From: an uncultured archaeon
GTDB taxonomy: Archaea > Asgardarchaeota > Heimdallarchaeia > Heimdallarchaeales > Heimdallarchaeaceae
Reading direction: 5' to 3'
Length of the DNA stretch: 64,000 bases
NCBI GenBank assembly: GCA_964549075.1
Contig: CAZJUB010000005.1
Span: 12,319 to 76,318, forward strand
Part shown: one piece after another, positions 49,381-58,854 of the stretch
Numbering within the stretch: the first letter of the stretch is position 1
Layout of the letters: every line of letters begins with the position of its first letter
Position numbers and translations under genes: made by a program
Notes under the pieces: model-generated
The model's database searches: none
The model's input: the letters and a program-made list of their open reading frames with translations, nothing else
Told to the model about the DNA's origin: nothing

Positions 49381-49641
49381 AAAAACCTTAACAAGTTAGT
49401 TCAAGAAATCATCTTTATTCTGTCCTTTTTTCAAAAAAATTAGAATAGAGTTAAAATAATTGAAGAGGTTAATATCTATTAATATTTATATAAAAAATCG
49501 AGTAAAAATAAATTGTTCTAAGAGAATATGAAAAAAGTGAAAAATTCTTAGTAGGAAAATGGATAAGACCAGATAGAATAAATATATAATTGAGCTAATA
49601 AGAAAACAATCTTTAAAAAGTGTTACTTATATTAATAATTC

Positions 49642-51177
49642 ATGCAAGAAGATACAAGCGAACCTTTTGTTGATACAGCTGCAGTACCTATTCTTGAAGA
49701 GACTTATCCAGTAAGTCCTCCATTTTCGTATGTTCTTATACAAACTGATCCAACAACAAAACGAACAATGTACATGGTAGTAGAGATACCATTAGATAGT
49801 AAGGAAACTGCTATCTATAACAAAATCTTTTCTATAATGGTTGATGAATTGGATGTCGATTTCACAGTTCTTAAATCAACTGAAAAAGCTGAAGAATTTC
49901 TCAAGAAAAAGATTGTAGATATCATCAAACGTTATAGAATCTCGCTGAATGAATCTCAATTTGAGAAAATAATGTATTATCTAACAAGAGATTTGATAGG
50001 TTACGGTAAAATCCAACCTTTTATGCTAGATCCTAACATAGAAGATATTTCTTGTGATGGAACTGGTATTCCTATTTATGTATGGCATAGGAAATATGAA
50101 TCTATTTCAACTAACGTATCCCTTGATACTACTGAGGAATTGGATAGTTTTATAATCAAATTAGCTCAGAGAGCTAATCGTCATATAAGTATAGCAAATC
50201 CTCTTCTTGATGCATCTTTACCTGATGGAAGCAGAATACAGTTAACTTATGGAAAAGAAGTCACACAAAGAGGTTCAACTTTTACAGTAAGAAAGTTTAA
50301 AGCTGATCCATTTACAATTACAGATCTTATTCTTTACAACACTATTGATCTTGATATTGCAGCCTATTACTGGTTTACAATGGAACACAATGTAAGTACA
50401 TTGATAGCTGGTGGTACAGCAGCTGGAAAAACCACTCTACTCAATACAATCGCTATGATGATTAAACCTGATATGAAAGTAGTTACAATTGAAGACACTG
50501 CAGAACTTAATCTAGCGCATGAAAACTGGATACCAAGTGTGGTTCGTTCTGGTTTTGGTGAATCAACTGAAACTGGTTATCGAAGAGGACAAATCTCAAT
50601 GTATGAATTGCTTAGAGCCGCTATGAGACAAAGACCTGATTACATTATAGTAGGAGAAATAAGAGGTGAAGAAGCTTACGCTATGTTCCAAGCTATGAGT
50701 ACTGGTCATAGAGGTTTAGGAACCATTCATGGTGATTCAGTTGAAGGAGTCATTCACAGACTTGAGAGTAAACCTATGAATATCCCTCGTTCCATGATGA
50801 AATCACTGGATTTAATTCATGTTATTCGTAAGGTAAGGTTACAATCTAAATTCGCTCGTAGAAGTCAATCTATAACTGAGTTAATTGGACTAGATCCAGT
50901 GACTGAAGAGATTTTAACAAACAAGCTATTCCAATGGAATCCACGTGATGACACATTCATTTACTTTGGTAGAAGTTATGTGTTAGAAAAAATAATGGAA
51001 AATACAGGGTTACAAGATCAGGAGATATATGACGAATTAGAAAGAAGAAAAACCATACTTAGATGGATGGTTAAGAAAAGGATACGTTACTTTGAAGATG
51101 TAGCTTCTGTGATTCAGGAATATAACTCTGATCCAGATAGATCACTTGAAAAAGCAAGAAAAGGTCTTAAAGGTTAA
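49642..51177 (+). CDS. Type IV pilus/type II-IV secretion assembly ATPase (PilB/ArlI/TadA family)
   Basis: DPNIEDISCDG, LPDGSR, GGTAAGKTT, TIEDTAEL, RQRPDYIIVGEIRGEEA, TGH...TIH. Confidence 0.93.
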   Translation: MQEDTSEPFVDTAAVPILEETYPVSPPFSYVLIQTDPTTKRTMYMVVEIPLDSKETAIYNKIFSIMVDELDVDFTVLKSTEKAEEFLKKKIVDIIKRYRISLNESQFEKIMYYLTRDLIGYGKIQPFMLDPNIEDISCDGTGIPIYVWHRKYESISTNVSLDTTEELDSFIIKLAQRANRHISIANPLLDASLPDGSRIQLTYGKEVTQRGSTFTVRKFKADPFTITDLILYNTIDLDIAAYYWFTMEHNVSTLIAGGTAAGKTTLLNTIAMMIKPDMKVVTIEDTAELNLAHENWIPSVVRSGFGESTETGYRRGQISMYELLRAAMRQRPDYIIVGEIRGEEAYAMFQAMSTGHRGLGTIHGDSVEGVIHRLESKPMNIPRSMMKSLDLIHVIRKVRLQSKFARRSQSITELIGLDPVTEEILTNKLFQWNPRDDTFIYFGRSYVLEKIMENTGLQDQEIYDELERRKTILRWMVKKRIRYFEDVASVIQEYNSDPDRSLEKARKGLKG

Positions 51178-51277
51178 GGATCTTTTCTAACACTCTTTTT
51201 ATATAATTTTTCATTAAATAATCGTATTTATATACATAGATGTGTGTCTTTTATTTGAAAGACCGAGATGAAAAATT

Positions 51278-51910
51278 ATGGATCCCGATGATGATAAAAA
51301 AAAGAAAAAAAAGAAAGATTGGTCAGAAGATGATGATAATCCGTTTGATTTTTTTGAGGGATTGGGAGAATTTGATATGAGTAAATTCATGGAAAATTTT
51401 GCACCGTATTTCAAAGGTTCATCATTTGGAAAGATGATAGATGAAATGATAAAGAATTTGATGAAAAATATTGAAGAAGGTGGTAAGGGTTCTAACTCAC
51501 TTGAAGATATGTTCAACAATAATTTTGTCTATGGATTTAATATAGGTATGGATCCAAATGGAAAGCCAGTTTTCAGACAATTCGGAAACTTAAAACCAAA
51601 AGGATACGGAGATCTCGAAACTTCTGATGTCCGAGAGCCTTTAATTGATGTTTTTAAGGAAGACAAACAAGTAAGAGTAATAGCTGAAGTACCTGGAATA
51701 AACAAAGGAGACATTAAATTAACAGGTACAGAGAGAACTCTAACAATCAAAGCCCATTCCCAGTCAAGGAAATATGAAAAATCTGTAAGTTTACCAGTTG
51801 CTGTAGATATCAAAACAGCTAAAGCTAAGTACAAAAACGGTGTTTTAGAAGTTGTAATTGAACGCAAACATTCTGATTCATCAGAAGATTATGCTATTGA
51901 TGTCGATTAA
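51278..51910 (+). CDS. Archaeal small heat shock protein Hsp20
   Basis: VYGF.I..DP.GKP, REPLIDV, AEVPGI.K.DI, AKYKNGVLEV. Confidence 0.92.
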   Translation: MDPDDDKKKKKKKDWSEDDDNPFDFFEGLGEFDMSKFMENFAPYFKGSSFGKMIDEMIKNLMKNIEEGGKGSNSLEDMFNNNFVYGFNIGMDPNGKPVFRQFGNLKPKGYGDLETSDVREPLIDVFKEDKQVRVIAEVPGINKGDIKLTGTERTLTIKAHSQSRKYEKSVSLPVAVDIKTAKAKYKNGVLEVVIERKHSDSSEDYAIDVD

Positions 51911-51930
51911 ACGACATCTAAATTTTTAAT

Positions 51931-52620
51931 TTAAGGTATTACTAAAGATAGAATAATGTTGTGAGGTAACACTGCAGTAACCTCATAACCAGAATCAAGA
52001 TCAGCTAGGTAACTACCATCACCCATATTTGAAACTGAGATACTTGGTATTATTGTAACTTCTGCATTATCTATCAAACTGATAATCCCATTTTTTTCTT
52101 TGTAAATAGTAATATAATTCTGATTTCCCACAATACTATCATATTCAAGATAATAAGAGGAATTCACATATATTACTGCGTCAAAAACTAAATCTAAACT
52201 ATCGATATGAATAGTAAATTCGGTTTCAAAATGTACTCTAACTGGATTAACAGAAGTACTACTATTTACAATTATAAGATTTAATGAATCAAATGATATA
52301 TTTGAAGGTAAATTATGATTATCTAAATAGTTATCAATTACGTTAATGCCAGAATCGATTATATCAAGTACATCATTTCTTGTAGCTCCTAAAGAGTATT
52401 GAGACATAGCTATATCTGATAGTTCGTCAATTGCAGCTAAACTATTATCCACATAATTTAATAATTGCTCACTATTTGGAGTAGGTTTAATATATGGACT
52501 TTGGGTTATTTGGTATACAGTTGAGGATAAGATAATCAGATAGATGAGGATAGTAATAGCTAGGAGTAAGAAAACTTGCCCTTTTCTATTCTTAATTAAG
52601 TTACTTTTCATATTCATCAT
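51931..52620 (-). CDS. Minor pilin-like protein, class III signal peptide
   Basis: NRKG^QVFLLLAITILI; ATG 52620 overlaps the upstream TGA. Confidence 0.75.
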   Translation of the reverse strand: MMNMKSNLIKNRKGQVFLLLAITILIYLIILSSTVYQITQSPYIKPTPNSEQLLNYVDNSLAAIDELSDIAMSQYSLGATRNDVLDIIDSGINVIDNYLDNHNLPSNISFDSLNLIIVNSSTSVNPVRVHFETEFTIHIDSLDLVFDAVIYVNSSYYLEYDSIVGNQNYITIYKEKNGIISLIDNAEVTIIPSISVSNMGDGSYLADLDSGYEVTAVLPHNIILSLVIP

Positions 52621-53081
52621 CCTTTCAGCCACACCTGTAAATGAATTGTATAAGGTGCATATTCACCATAAACCTCGGTAATCAAGTAATCAATACTCAC
52701 AACTGAATCTCCTGGTGTTAGGGGATTATTTATATAACTTCCACTTACGACAAGACTCGTTTGGAGATCTTCATAATAGAGCTTAAACTCGCCATGATCA
52801 GGTAATGCTCCGTAGATAGCTTGTGTTATAATGCTTCGATAATAGATAACATCTGCTGGAATACTATTAATTATAGAGTAGATGTAATCATCTAAAAATC
52901 CGTTGACATCAAGAGCTTCGAGAGTAGAATAGACTTCTATTTGGAACTGTGAATCAGCAGAAGGTTGAGTGGCTAACTGGACTTCATATAAGGCTGTTAC
53001 CATAATGATCATTACTGAAACAGCTATAAATGCTTCAATGATAAACAGTTGTCCCTTTTTTGATTTACTCAGTTTTCTCAT
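52617..53081 (-). CDS. Minor pilin-like protein, class III signal peptide
   Basis: KKG^QLFIIEAFIAVSVMII. Confidence 0.78.
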   Translation of the reverse strand: MRKLSKSKKGQLFIIEAFIAVSVMIIMVTALYEVQLATQPSADSQFQIEVYSTLEALDVNGFLDDYIYSIINSIPADVIYYRSIITQAIYGALPDHGEFKLYYEDLQTSLVVSGSYINNPLTPGDSVVSIDYLITEVYGEYAPYTIHLQVWLKG

Positions 53082-53085
53082 GTTA

Positions 53086-54255
53086 TCACCAATACCATAT
53101 TTGACATTTTAGAAGAATATTTCTCATCAATAGAGTTCTAGTTTGAGAAACATAGGATGTTTGTTCAGCAAAAGATGAATGTGCGAATATTTGACCATTC
53201 TCATCATCTTGAAACATAGGGATACCCATATATCCAGCTGTGTATGTAGTATCTGATCTATCATTAACAACTACTACTGCTAGACCATTTGCAGGAATAG
53301 GGATATTGGTCCCTTGATAGATGTCTGTTGAAGCCAAAGTTGTTTGTACTAAAGATTGGCTATAGGAAGATACACCTAAACCAGAAAATGGGAAGACGAC
53401 TACAGCAGTTGCTTCATCACTTAAAGATTCTCTTTCATAGTTAATATTTATTGCAGAAGTCAGTTGATTAGTAGACTTATATACAAATGGCCTAAAATCA
53501 AAATCAGCCATCTCATATTCTAGACCAAAGCTTTCTTTCACTAAACGAATCACTGTATAGCTTTGATATATTTCACCAACCTGTGCAAAAGCTACTATGG
53601 TATAATGGTCTGTTTCATCAGCATTGAGAACAGCTTGAAATTTAATGTCCCCAGATAAATTTTGAGTAGTTGTATAATTAGTTGCAACATTATTATTTTC
53701 ATCAATGGAAACAGCCCAAACATCAGCTCCTTCAATAGGAGTCATAATTTCTTTTACAACCCCAAATAATGTGATAGTACCAAAAGCAGCAGTAAAATCT
53801 TGGATTTCAATTGTTATTGGAGAATATATACTCACAGCAAAATCTCTTACAATACCATAAGAAACCTTGATATTAAGATAATTGAGTTTCCAATAATTAG
53901 ATATATCTGAAGTTAAGCGATTAATTTTTGTAAAATCGAGTTCAGAAGTACTACCCATCAAACCTAATTGAAAATCTGATAACCCTGCTGTGCTGGTTGT
54001 ACCCCAGTTTGTAGGATTACCTTGTGAATAAAAAATGTTGGTAAAAAGTTTGTCTACTTCTTTTTGTTGAGAGTAATTTTCCATCTGAACCAGTGATGGA
54101 ATAAGAAGATTTGAAAGAACAATAATAACTTGACTAAAAGCAATTATAAAAATCAATAAAGCAAGAGCAAAGTCAACTCCTCTAATTTGAGCTTTTTTGC
54201 TTTTTAAGAACGCACTTAGTTTCTTCTTCTGATTATTTTTCAATGTAAACTTCAC
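53086..54255 (-). CDS. Large pilin-like protein, class III signal peptide
   Basis: KKA^QIRGVDFALALLIF; G.P.NW and GL motifs. Confidence 0.78.
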   Translation of the reverse strand: MKFTLKNNQKKKLSAFLKSKKAQIRGVDFALALLIFIIAFSQVIIVLSNLLIPSLVQMENYSQQKEVDKLFTNIFYSQGNPTNWGTTSTAGLSDFQLGLMGSTSELDFTKINRLTSDISNYWKLNYLNIKVSYGIVRDFAVSIYSPITIEIQDFTAAFGTITLFGVVKEIMTPIEGADVWAVSIDENNNVATNYTTTQNLSGDIKFQAVLNADETDHYTIVAFAQVGEIYQSYTVIRLVKESFGLEYEMADFDFRPFVYKSTNQLTSAININYERESLSDEATAVVVFPFSGLGVSSYSQSLVQTTLASTDIYQGTNIPIPANGLAVVVVNDRSDTTYTAGYMGIPMFQDDENGQIFAHSSFAEQTSYVSQTRTLLMRNILLKCQIWYW

Positions 54256-54261
54256 CTTTAA

Positions 54262-54675
54262 TTAAGCATCATCACCTAATATACGCTCTTCAAGAAGGGA
54301 TTTAATCTCTGCAAGAGTTGCTTCTAATTCAATCATTTCCATACCTTTTTCAAGTAAATTATTAGCTCGTTCTTGTAACTCCTCAGCTTTCTTTATTCTA
54401 TCAGAGACTAATTGTTCAACTTGATTTTTGAGTAGTGTCATATCATCTTTGGTACTCATTGTTGTTTCAAGTTTCTCTATTTTATCCTCAATAGGTCCTA
54501 GGTCTACAGAAACTCCACTGAGAGATCCTTCTGAATCACCAGTTCCTGTGGATTTCACTCCTTTTTCTAATGTACCCATTATACGTACTACGTTGAAGCT
54601 AATTTGGTTTACAATCTTTTGTAATTCTTCTATTTGTTCCTTTACGCTTTTAACATCATCTTCGAGTTTTCCCAT
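54262..54675 (-). CDS. Small cytoplasmic coiled-coil protein within the pilus operon
   Basis: Heptad-rich helices flanking a G/S/T linker; no signal peptide; GGTGAG ribosome-binding site. Confidence 0.65.
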   Translation of the reverse strand: MGKLEDDVKSVKEQIEELQKIVNQISFNVVRIMGTLEKGVKSTGTGDSEGSLSGVSVDLGPIEDKIEKLETTMSTKDDMTLLKNQVEQLVSDRIKKAEELQERANNLLEKGMEMIELEATLAEIKSLLEERILGDDA

Positions 54676-54693
54676 TTACTCACCACTATCGTT

Positions 54694-55641
54694 CTATATG
54701 CTCAGAGAAAATATTGGGTTATCTGGTTGTATTAATATCTTGAAAGCGAACCATCCGATAAACATCAAAATTACTGAATGCATCAAACCTGCTTTGATAG
54801 TCATCTTTGACATCTTTCCAGCAACTAAACCTGAGAAGAAAGCTTGTATTGCTAACATATGCAAGAAGAGTACTTCTAAAACATTCAAATCAATATTTAT
54901 TAGAAACATTCCTGCAGTTTGTTCAGTAGATATGTTTGCTTGCCCAAACGGAATAAAGAATGTTTGGAATAGGATTACTACAACTAAGATAAAAATAATA
55001 TACGAAGCATAGACTATCCAGACATATGGTTTCATTGAACCTTCTCTTTCTTTTTTTAGATTCAATAAAGTTTGAACATGTTTCTCTGTTGCTTCGAAAA
55101 TTTCTTCAAGATTTCCTCCTGATCTTTCAGCTTCGAGGATTAAGACTGTTGCTCGTTGAGCAAGAGGAGTATCTATAGCATGCTGGAAATCTTCCATAGC
55201 CTGACTAAATGGAATACCCCAAGAGATTTTACTTGACATTTTTCTTAATTCAGGAGTAAGAGGACCATAGTGTCTTTTTGCTGATTCTTGTATTGCTCTA
55301 GGTAAACTCATACCAGTTCTTTGAGCATTGCTAATTTCACGCAACAAGTAAGGTAAATTCTCATCTATTCTTGCTTGTCTTCGCTCTTCTCTGTAAATGA
55401 TAAGAAATGTTGGAATACCAATGACAACTATAATTGCTAAAATAATGAAATCGTTAATATCTAAAATTGATATAAAATCTTTAACGATATTTCCTTCAGC
55501 ATCTCTTTGCGTTGATAGAAAATCAATAATTCCTAATGCTACTAGAATTACACCAGCTACTCCTGCTATAATCCAATAAATCATGTCTTGTGTAATTTGA
55601 AAACGTTTAACTTCAACTTCTACTTCGTCTTGTATTGCCAT
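54694..55641 (-). CDS. Type II secretion system F family pilus platform protein (TadC/PilC-like)
   Basis: IDENLPYLLREIS...GMSL..AI, YGPL..EL, SWGIPF, SGGNL, GLVAGKM. Confidence 0.88.
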   Translation of the reverse strand: MAIQDEVEVEVKRFQITQDMIYWIIAGVAGVILVALGIIDFLSTQRDAEGNIVKDFISILDINDFIILAIIVVIGIPTFLIIYREERRQARIDENLPYLLREISNAQRTGMSLPRAIQESAKRHYGPLTPELRKMSSKISWGIPFSQAMEDFQHAIDTPLAQRATVLILEAERSGGNLEEIFEATEKHVQTLLNLKKEREGSMKPYVWIVYASYIIFILVVVILFQTFFIPFGQANISTEQTAGMFLINIDLNVLEVLFLHMLAIQAFFSGLVAGKMSKMTIKAGLMHSVILMFIGWFAFKILIQPDNPIFSLSI

Positions 55642-55646
55642 TTTTC

Positions 55647-56510
55647 TTACATCTCCGGTTGCTGAGCGTCTATCAGCACAATTATTGCAAGTTCCGAAAC
55701 AGGGATAATAATATACACCAAAACTGCCATGAGTAGGTTAGGATTTCCAGAAGTACCTCCAAGCATCGACATCATAGCTAGAATTACTATGAAGAAGATA
55801 GGAGCTACTACGCCTAAGACCATAAACAATTCAGCCATTATTCCTAAAGACTCAATAAAGTTTCTTTCAGTCTGAACTTGATCTTTCATCAAGGTTTCTG
55901 ATGAAACTTCTAAATATCTTTGAAGTTCTCCTCCAGAGGTGAAAGTACCAACGATTCCTTCCAAGAAACTTGAATACTTTGCTGAAGGTGATCTCAAAGA
56001 GGCTTCACTTAATGCATGAACGATGTCATACCCGAACACTTGAATATCTCTTGAAATCTTCTTTGCATCTTTAACAATAGCCTCCCCTATTTTCTCTTTT
56101 GTTAATGATAGAAATATTCTATCAGGTGTAACACCAGCTGAAGACATTGCAGTCATGTAGCTTGATGCTGTTGGTAAAGCTGCTTCTAGTTTTCTTTTTC
56201 TTTCACCTACTAGATAACTTGGATAAACCCAAGTAAAAACAAACATACTTACTAAAACTAAAATTGGTAAAACTATAACTAGAATAACCGAAAATTCAGG
56301 TACAACAATCTTAACTGCTATCAGAACCACTAGAGAGACTATTGCGATTATCACGGCCCAAAAGAGTCTGACACTAAGATACATTCTTACACTTTTGTCA
56401 ATTCCAGCCTTTCTAAGTGTTAATTTTAAACCTTCGAACTCTGCTAGATAAGGTTCTATTATCCTCCCTATATATGAATAAGCGATTGATTCAATCATTT
56501 TTGAGCTCAT
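55647..56510 (-). CDS. Type II secretion system F family pilus platform protein (TadB/PilC-like)
   Basis: LRKAG, LP.A.SYM..MSSAG, FGYDI..AL, SPS, SGG.L..YL, AELF. Confidence 0.88.
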   Translation of the reverse strand: MSSKMIESIAYSYIGRIIEPYLAEFEGLKLTLRKAGIDKSVRMYLSVRLFWAVIIAIVSLVVLIAVKIVVPEFSVILVIVLPILVLVSMFVFTWVYPSYLVGERKRKLEAALPTASSYMTAMSSAGVTPDRIFLSLTKEKIGEAIVKDAKKISRDIQVFGYDIVHALSEASLRSPSAKYSSFLEGIVGTFTSGGELQRYLEVSSETLMKDQVQTERNFIESLGIMAELFMVLGVVAPIFFIVILAMMSMLGGTSGNPNLLMAVLVYIIIPVSELAIIVLIDAQQPEM

Positions 56511-56769
56511 TATAATATCCTCGAAGCTTGTGGATTTTATGTTCTACAACATTATATTGTATAAGGACTATTTAACATTTCCTCGTAAGGTAAATAACTT
56601 CTTTCTCTTTTGAAATTTGTTGTTTATGCAACCTCAAATCTTCATCAAAAAACTACCTTTTTACAGCACTTTCTGGCTTTAAAATGTTAAAATTCAAAAC
56701 TGAAATTAAAATCCTTGGAAACTATCAGTAACTATAAAAATGTAAACTCCTTTTTTTTATTCGAATTAT

Positions 56770-57486
56770 ATGACTCTTTATATTATTCAATCAACTGGTG
56801 AAATGACAGAGTGTTCAAATAAGGAAGTTGCACTAGCTTCAACAAATGTTTTAGTAGTAATTTCCCACCTACAAAAGAGGATCTATACTTGGATTGGAGG
56901 TCAATCTTCTCCTCATTCTAAATTTGCATGTGCGAGAGAAACAGCCCGATTAAGAATGGAATTAGGTTACAAAATTGTGAACCTAGAAGAATCTTCTACT
57001 AGTGATGAATTTCTTCAAGCTGTAGATGAAGCTTGTAATATCCAATCAGATACAGCTTCAAAACCAAAACCAAAACCAGTAAAACCTATAGCAAAATCCC
57101 AAACTCAACCTGAGCCAGTAATACCAGATCTCGAACCTGATCCTGAACCAAAAGCAGAGACAAAAACAATCCCTAAAAAAGAAGAACCAAAAGACACTAA
57201 AATCACTCCCGAGAGAAAGTATACTTCTAAGAAAGTTGAAACTTCACTTGTTGATATTGAACACATTATCACACAATTAAAAGCTTTACCACCTTTAGAT
57301 AATAGTATAAGAGATTATATTCTTGTTAATGATACGCTCTATATTGCTCCAGAAAATCTTGAAAATCCAGATACCGAATCTAAAGTAAAATTACCTAATG
57401 GTTCATTTGTGGCTGATGATTATACTCCAAGACTTTATCTAGAAGATGGTAAAATCATAGCAATAGAATTATGGAGACAAAATTAA
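56770..57486 (+). CDS. Gelsolin-domain protein with Pro/Lys-rich linker and extra C-terminal domain (Asgard 1DGelX-like architecture)
   Basis: LASTNVLVV....RIYTWIGGQSS..SKF..A.....L....IVNLEE....EF is a gelsolin-fold pattern; KPKPKP/PEP linker. Confidence 0.75.
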   Translation: MTLYIIQSTGEMTECSNKEVALASTNVLVVISHLQKRIYTWIGGQSSPHSKFACARETARLRMELGYKIVNLEESSTSDEFLQAVDEACNIQSDTASKPKPKPVKPIAKSQTQPEPVIPDLEPDPEPKAETKTIPKKEEPKDTKITPERKYTSKKVETSLVDIEHIITQLKALPPLDNSIRDYILVNDTLYIAPENLENPDTESKVKLPNGSFVADDYTPRLYLEDGKIIAIELWRQN

Positions 57487-58016
57487 GTTTCTTGCTGATC
57501 CATTACTTGTTTTGCAATAATAGTGTAAATATCAGTTACACCCTCACCAAGTTTTGCAGATGATTCAAGTACAGTATAATTTTTTCCTCCCCAATGTTCT
57601 TTAGCTTCTTTGTAAGTTATAGTTCTCTCATCCTCTAGGTCGGTTTTGTTTCCAACAATGATTATTGGGATATTAGGACATTTCTCCTCAACTTCCTTTA
57701 TCCAGTTTTGTATGTGATCGAAGGATTCACGTCTTGTAATATCATAGACAACGACTGCACCATGAGCCCCTGTATAATATCTTTTTCGAAGAGTAACTAG
57801 TTTTTCTTGACCTACTGTATCAAAAAGAACCAATCGAAGAGTTGTATCTTCATCAAATTGGATGAGTTTACTATAAAAATCAACACCTAAAGTCGGGAGA
57901 TAAGAAGTAGAGAATCTATTTTGAGTATATCGAATTGCTAAACTTGTTTTACCTACCCTAAAATCTCCTGCATTGATTATTTTTATAATATAGGTGACAT
58001 TTGGGGATGTAGTCAT
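57483..58016 (-). CDS. Rab-like small GTPase
   Basis: G1 GDFRVGKT, PTLGVDF, G3 DTVGQE, YYTGAHGA, G4 NKTD, G5 SAK; no C-terminal Cys motif. Confidence 0.93.
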   Translation of the reverse strand: MTTSPNVTYIIKIINAGDFRVGKTSLAIRYTQNRFSTSYLPTLGVDFYSKLIQFDEDTTLRLVLFDTVGQEKLVTLRKRYYTGAHGAVVVYDITRRESFDHIQNWIKEVEEKCPNIPIIIVGNKTDLEDERTITYKEAKEHWGGKNYTVLESSAKLGEGVTDIYTIIAKQVMDQQET

Positions 58017-58142
58017 TAGTATAGGATAATTTTGGCTAATATATATTAGTTGTCAAAGATGTAAAAGATTCTGAGTTTAAAATAACAATATAGACATTCG
58101 AAGCTCAATATTTTTAAGTACTAAAGCGATATAGTCTCAAAG

Positions 58143-58853
58143 ATGAATTCCCCTAGTAAAGCATTTTCTGATTTTACAATTATCATTCCTACTCTAAACG
58201 AAGAAAAATCGATAGGAGAATTATTAAGATTACTCGAAGAAATATCACCAAAAGTTAATGTAATTATTTCTGATGATGGATCTAAAGATAATACTAAAGA
58301 AATCGTAGAATCGCATAAAGGTACTGTAAATGCATTTTTCTTAGATAGATCAAAAGAAGATATTCATGGTTTAACAGCCAGTGTAGTGGATGCAATCGAT
58401 AAATGTGAGACTCCTTATTTCATGGTTATGGATGGTGATTTACAACACCCCCCTGAAGTAGTACCCGAGTTTCATACGAAACTCTCACAAAGTTTTGATT
58501 TAGTTGTAGGAAATAGAGCTGATGTAGCAGGAAAATGGGGGCTATATCGAAGAATGATGTCTTGGACAGCTATTATTCTTGGTAGAATAGCTCTAGCAAT
58601 AAGAAGGAGAAATAAAGTTAAGGATATAATGACTGGTTTATATGGTTCCAAAACAGAATTATGGAAAGAAGTCATAATAAACAACAAAAACAGCTTCATG
58701 TTGGAAGGATATAAGGTGTTATTTGATTTCCTGAAAATATATCCAGACAAACTAAAAATTACTTATGTAGATTACGTATTTGGTATTAGAAACTCTGGTG
58801 AATCTAAAATAACTAAAAGAGTAATATGGTTGTATTTTAAGTCTCTTTTCTAA
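58143..58853 (+). CDS. GT2 polyprenol/dolichol-phosphate mannosyltransferase-like glycosyltransferase
   Basis: IIPTLNE, DDGSKDNT, MDGDLQHPP, R.SGESK. Confidence 0.88.
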   Translation: MNSPSKAFSDFTIIIPTLNEEKSIGELLRLLEEISPKVNVIISDDGSKDNTKEIVESHKGTVNAFFLDRSKEDIHGLTASVVDAIDKCETPYFMVMDGDLQHPPEVVPEFHTKLSQSFDLVVGNRADVAGKWGLYRRMMSWTAIILGRIALAIRRRNKVKDIMTGLYGSKTELWKEVIINNKNSFMLEGYKVLFDFLKIYPDKLKITYVDYVFGIRNSGESKITKRVIWLYFKSLF

Positions 58854-58854
58854 C

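Noticed and set aside
54428-55012. 194-aa plus-strand ORF
   Set aside because: Antisense shadow of tadC and the coiled-coil gene, with the Ser/Ile-rich composition typical of reverse frames.
57061-57150. AAACCA-type short repeats
   Set aside because: They encode the KPKPKP/PEP linker of the gelsolin protein and are not an independent repeat element.
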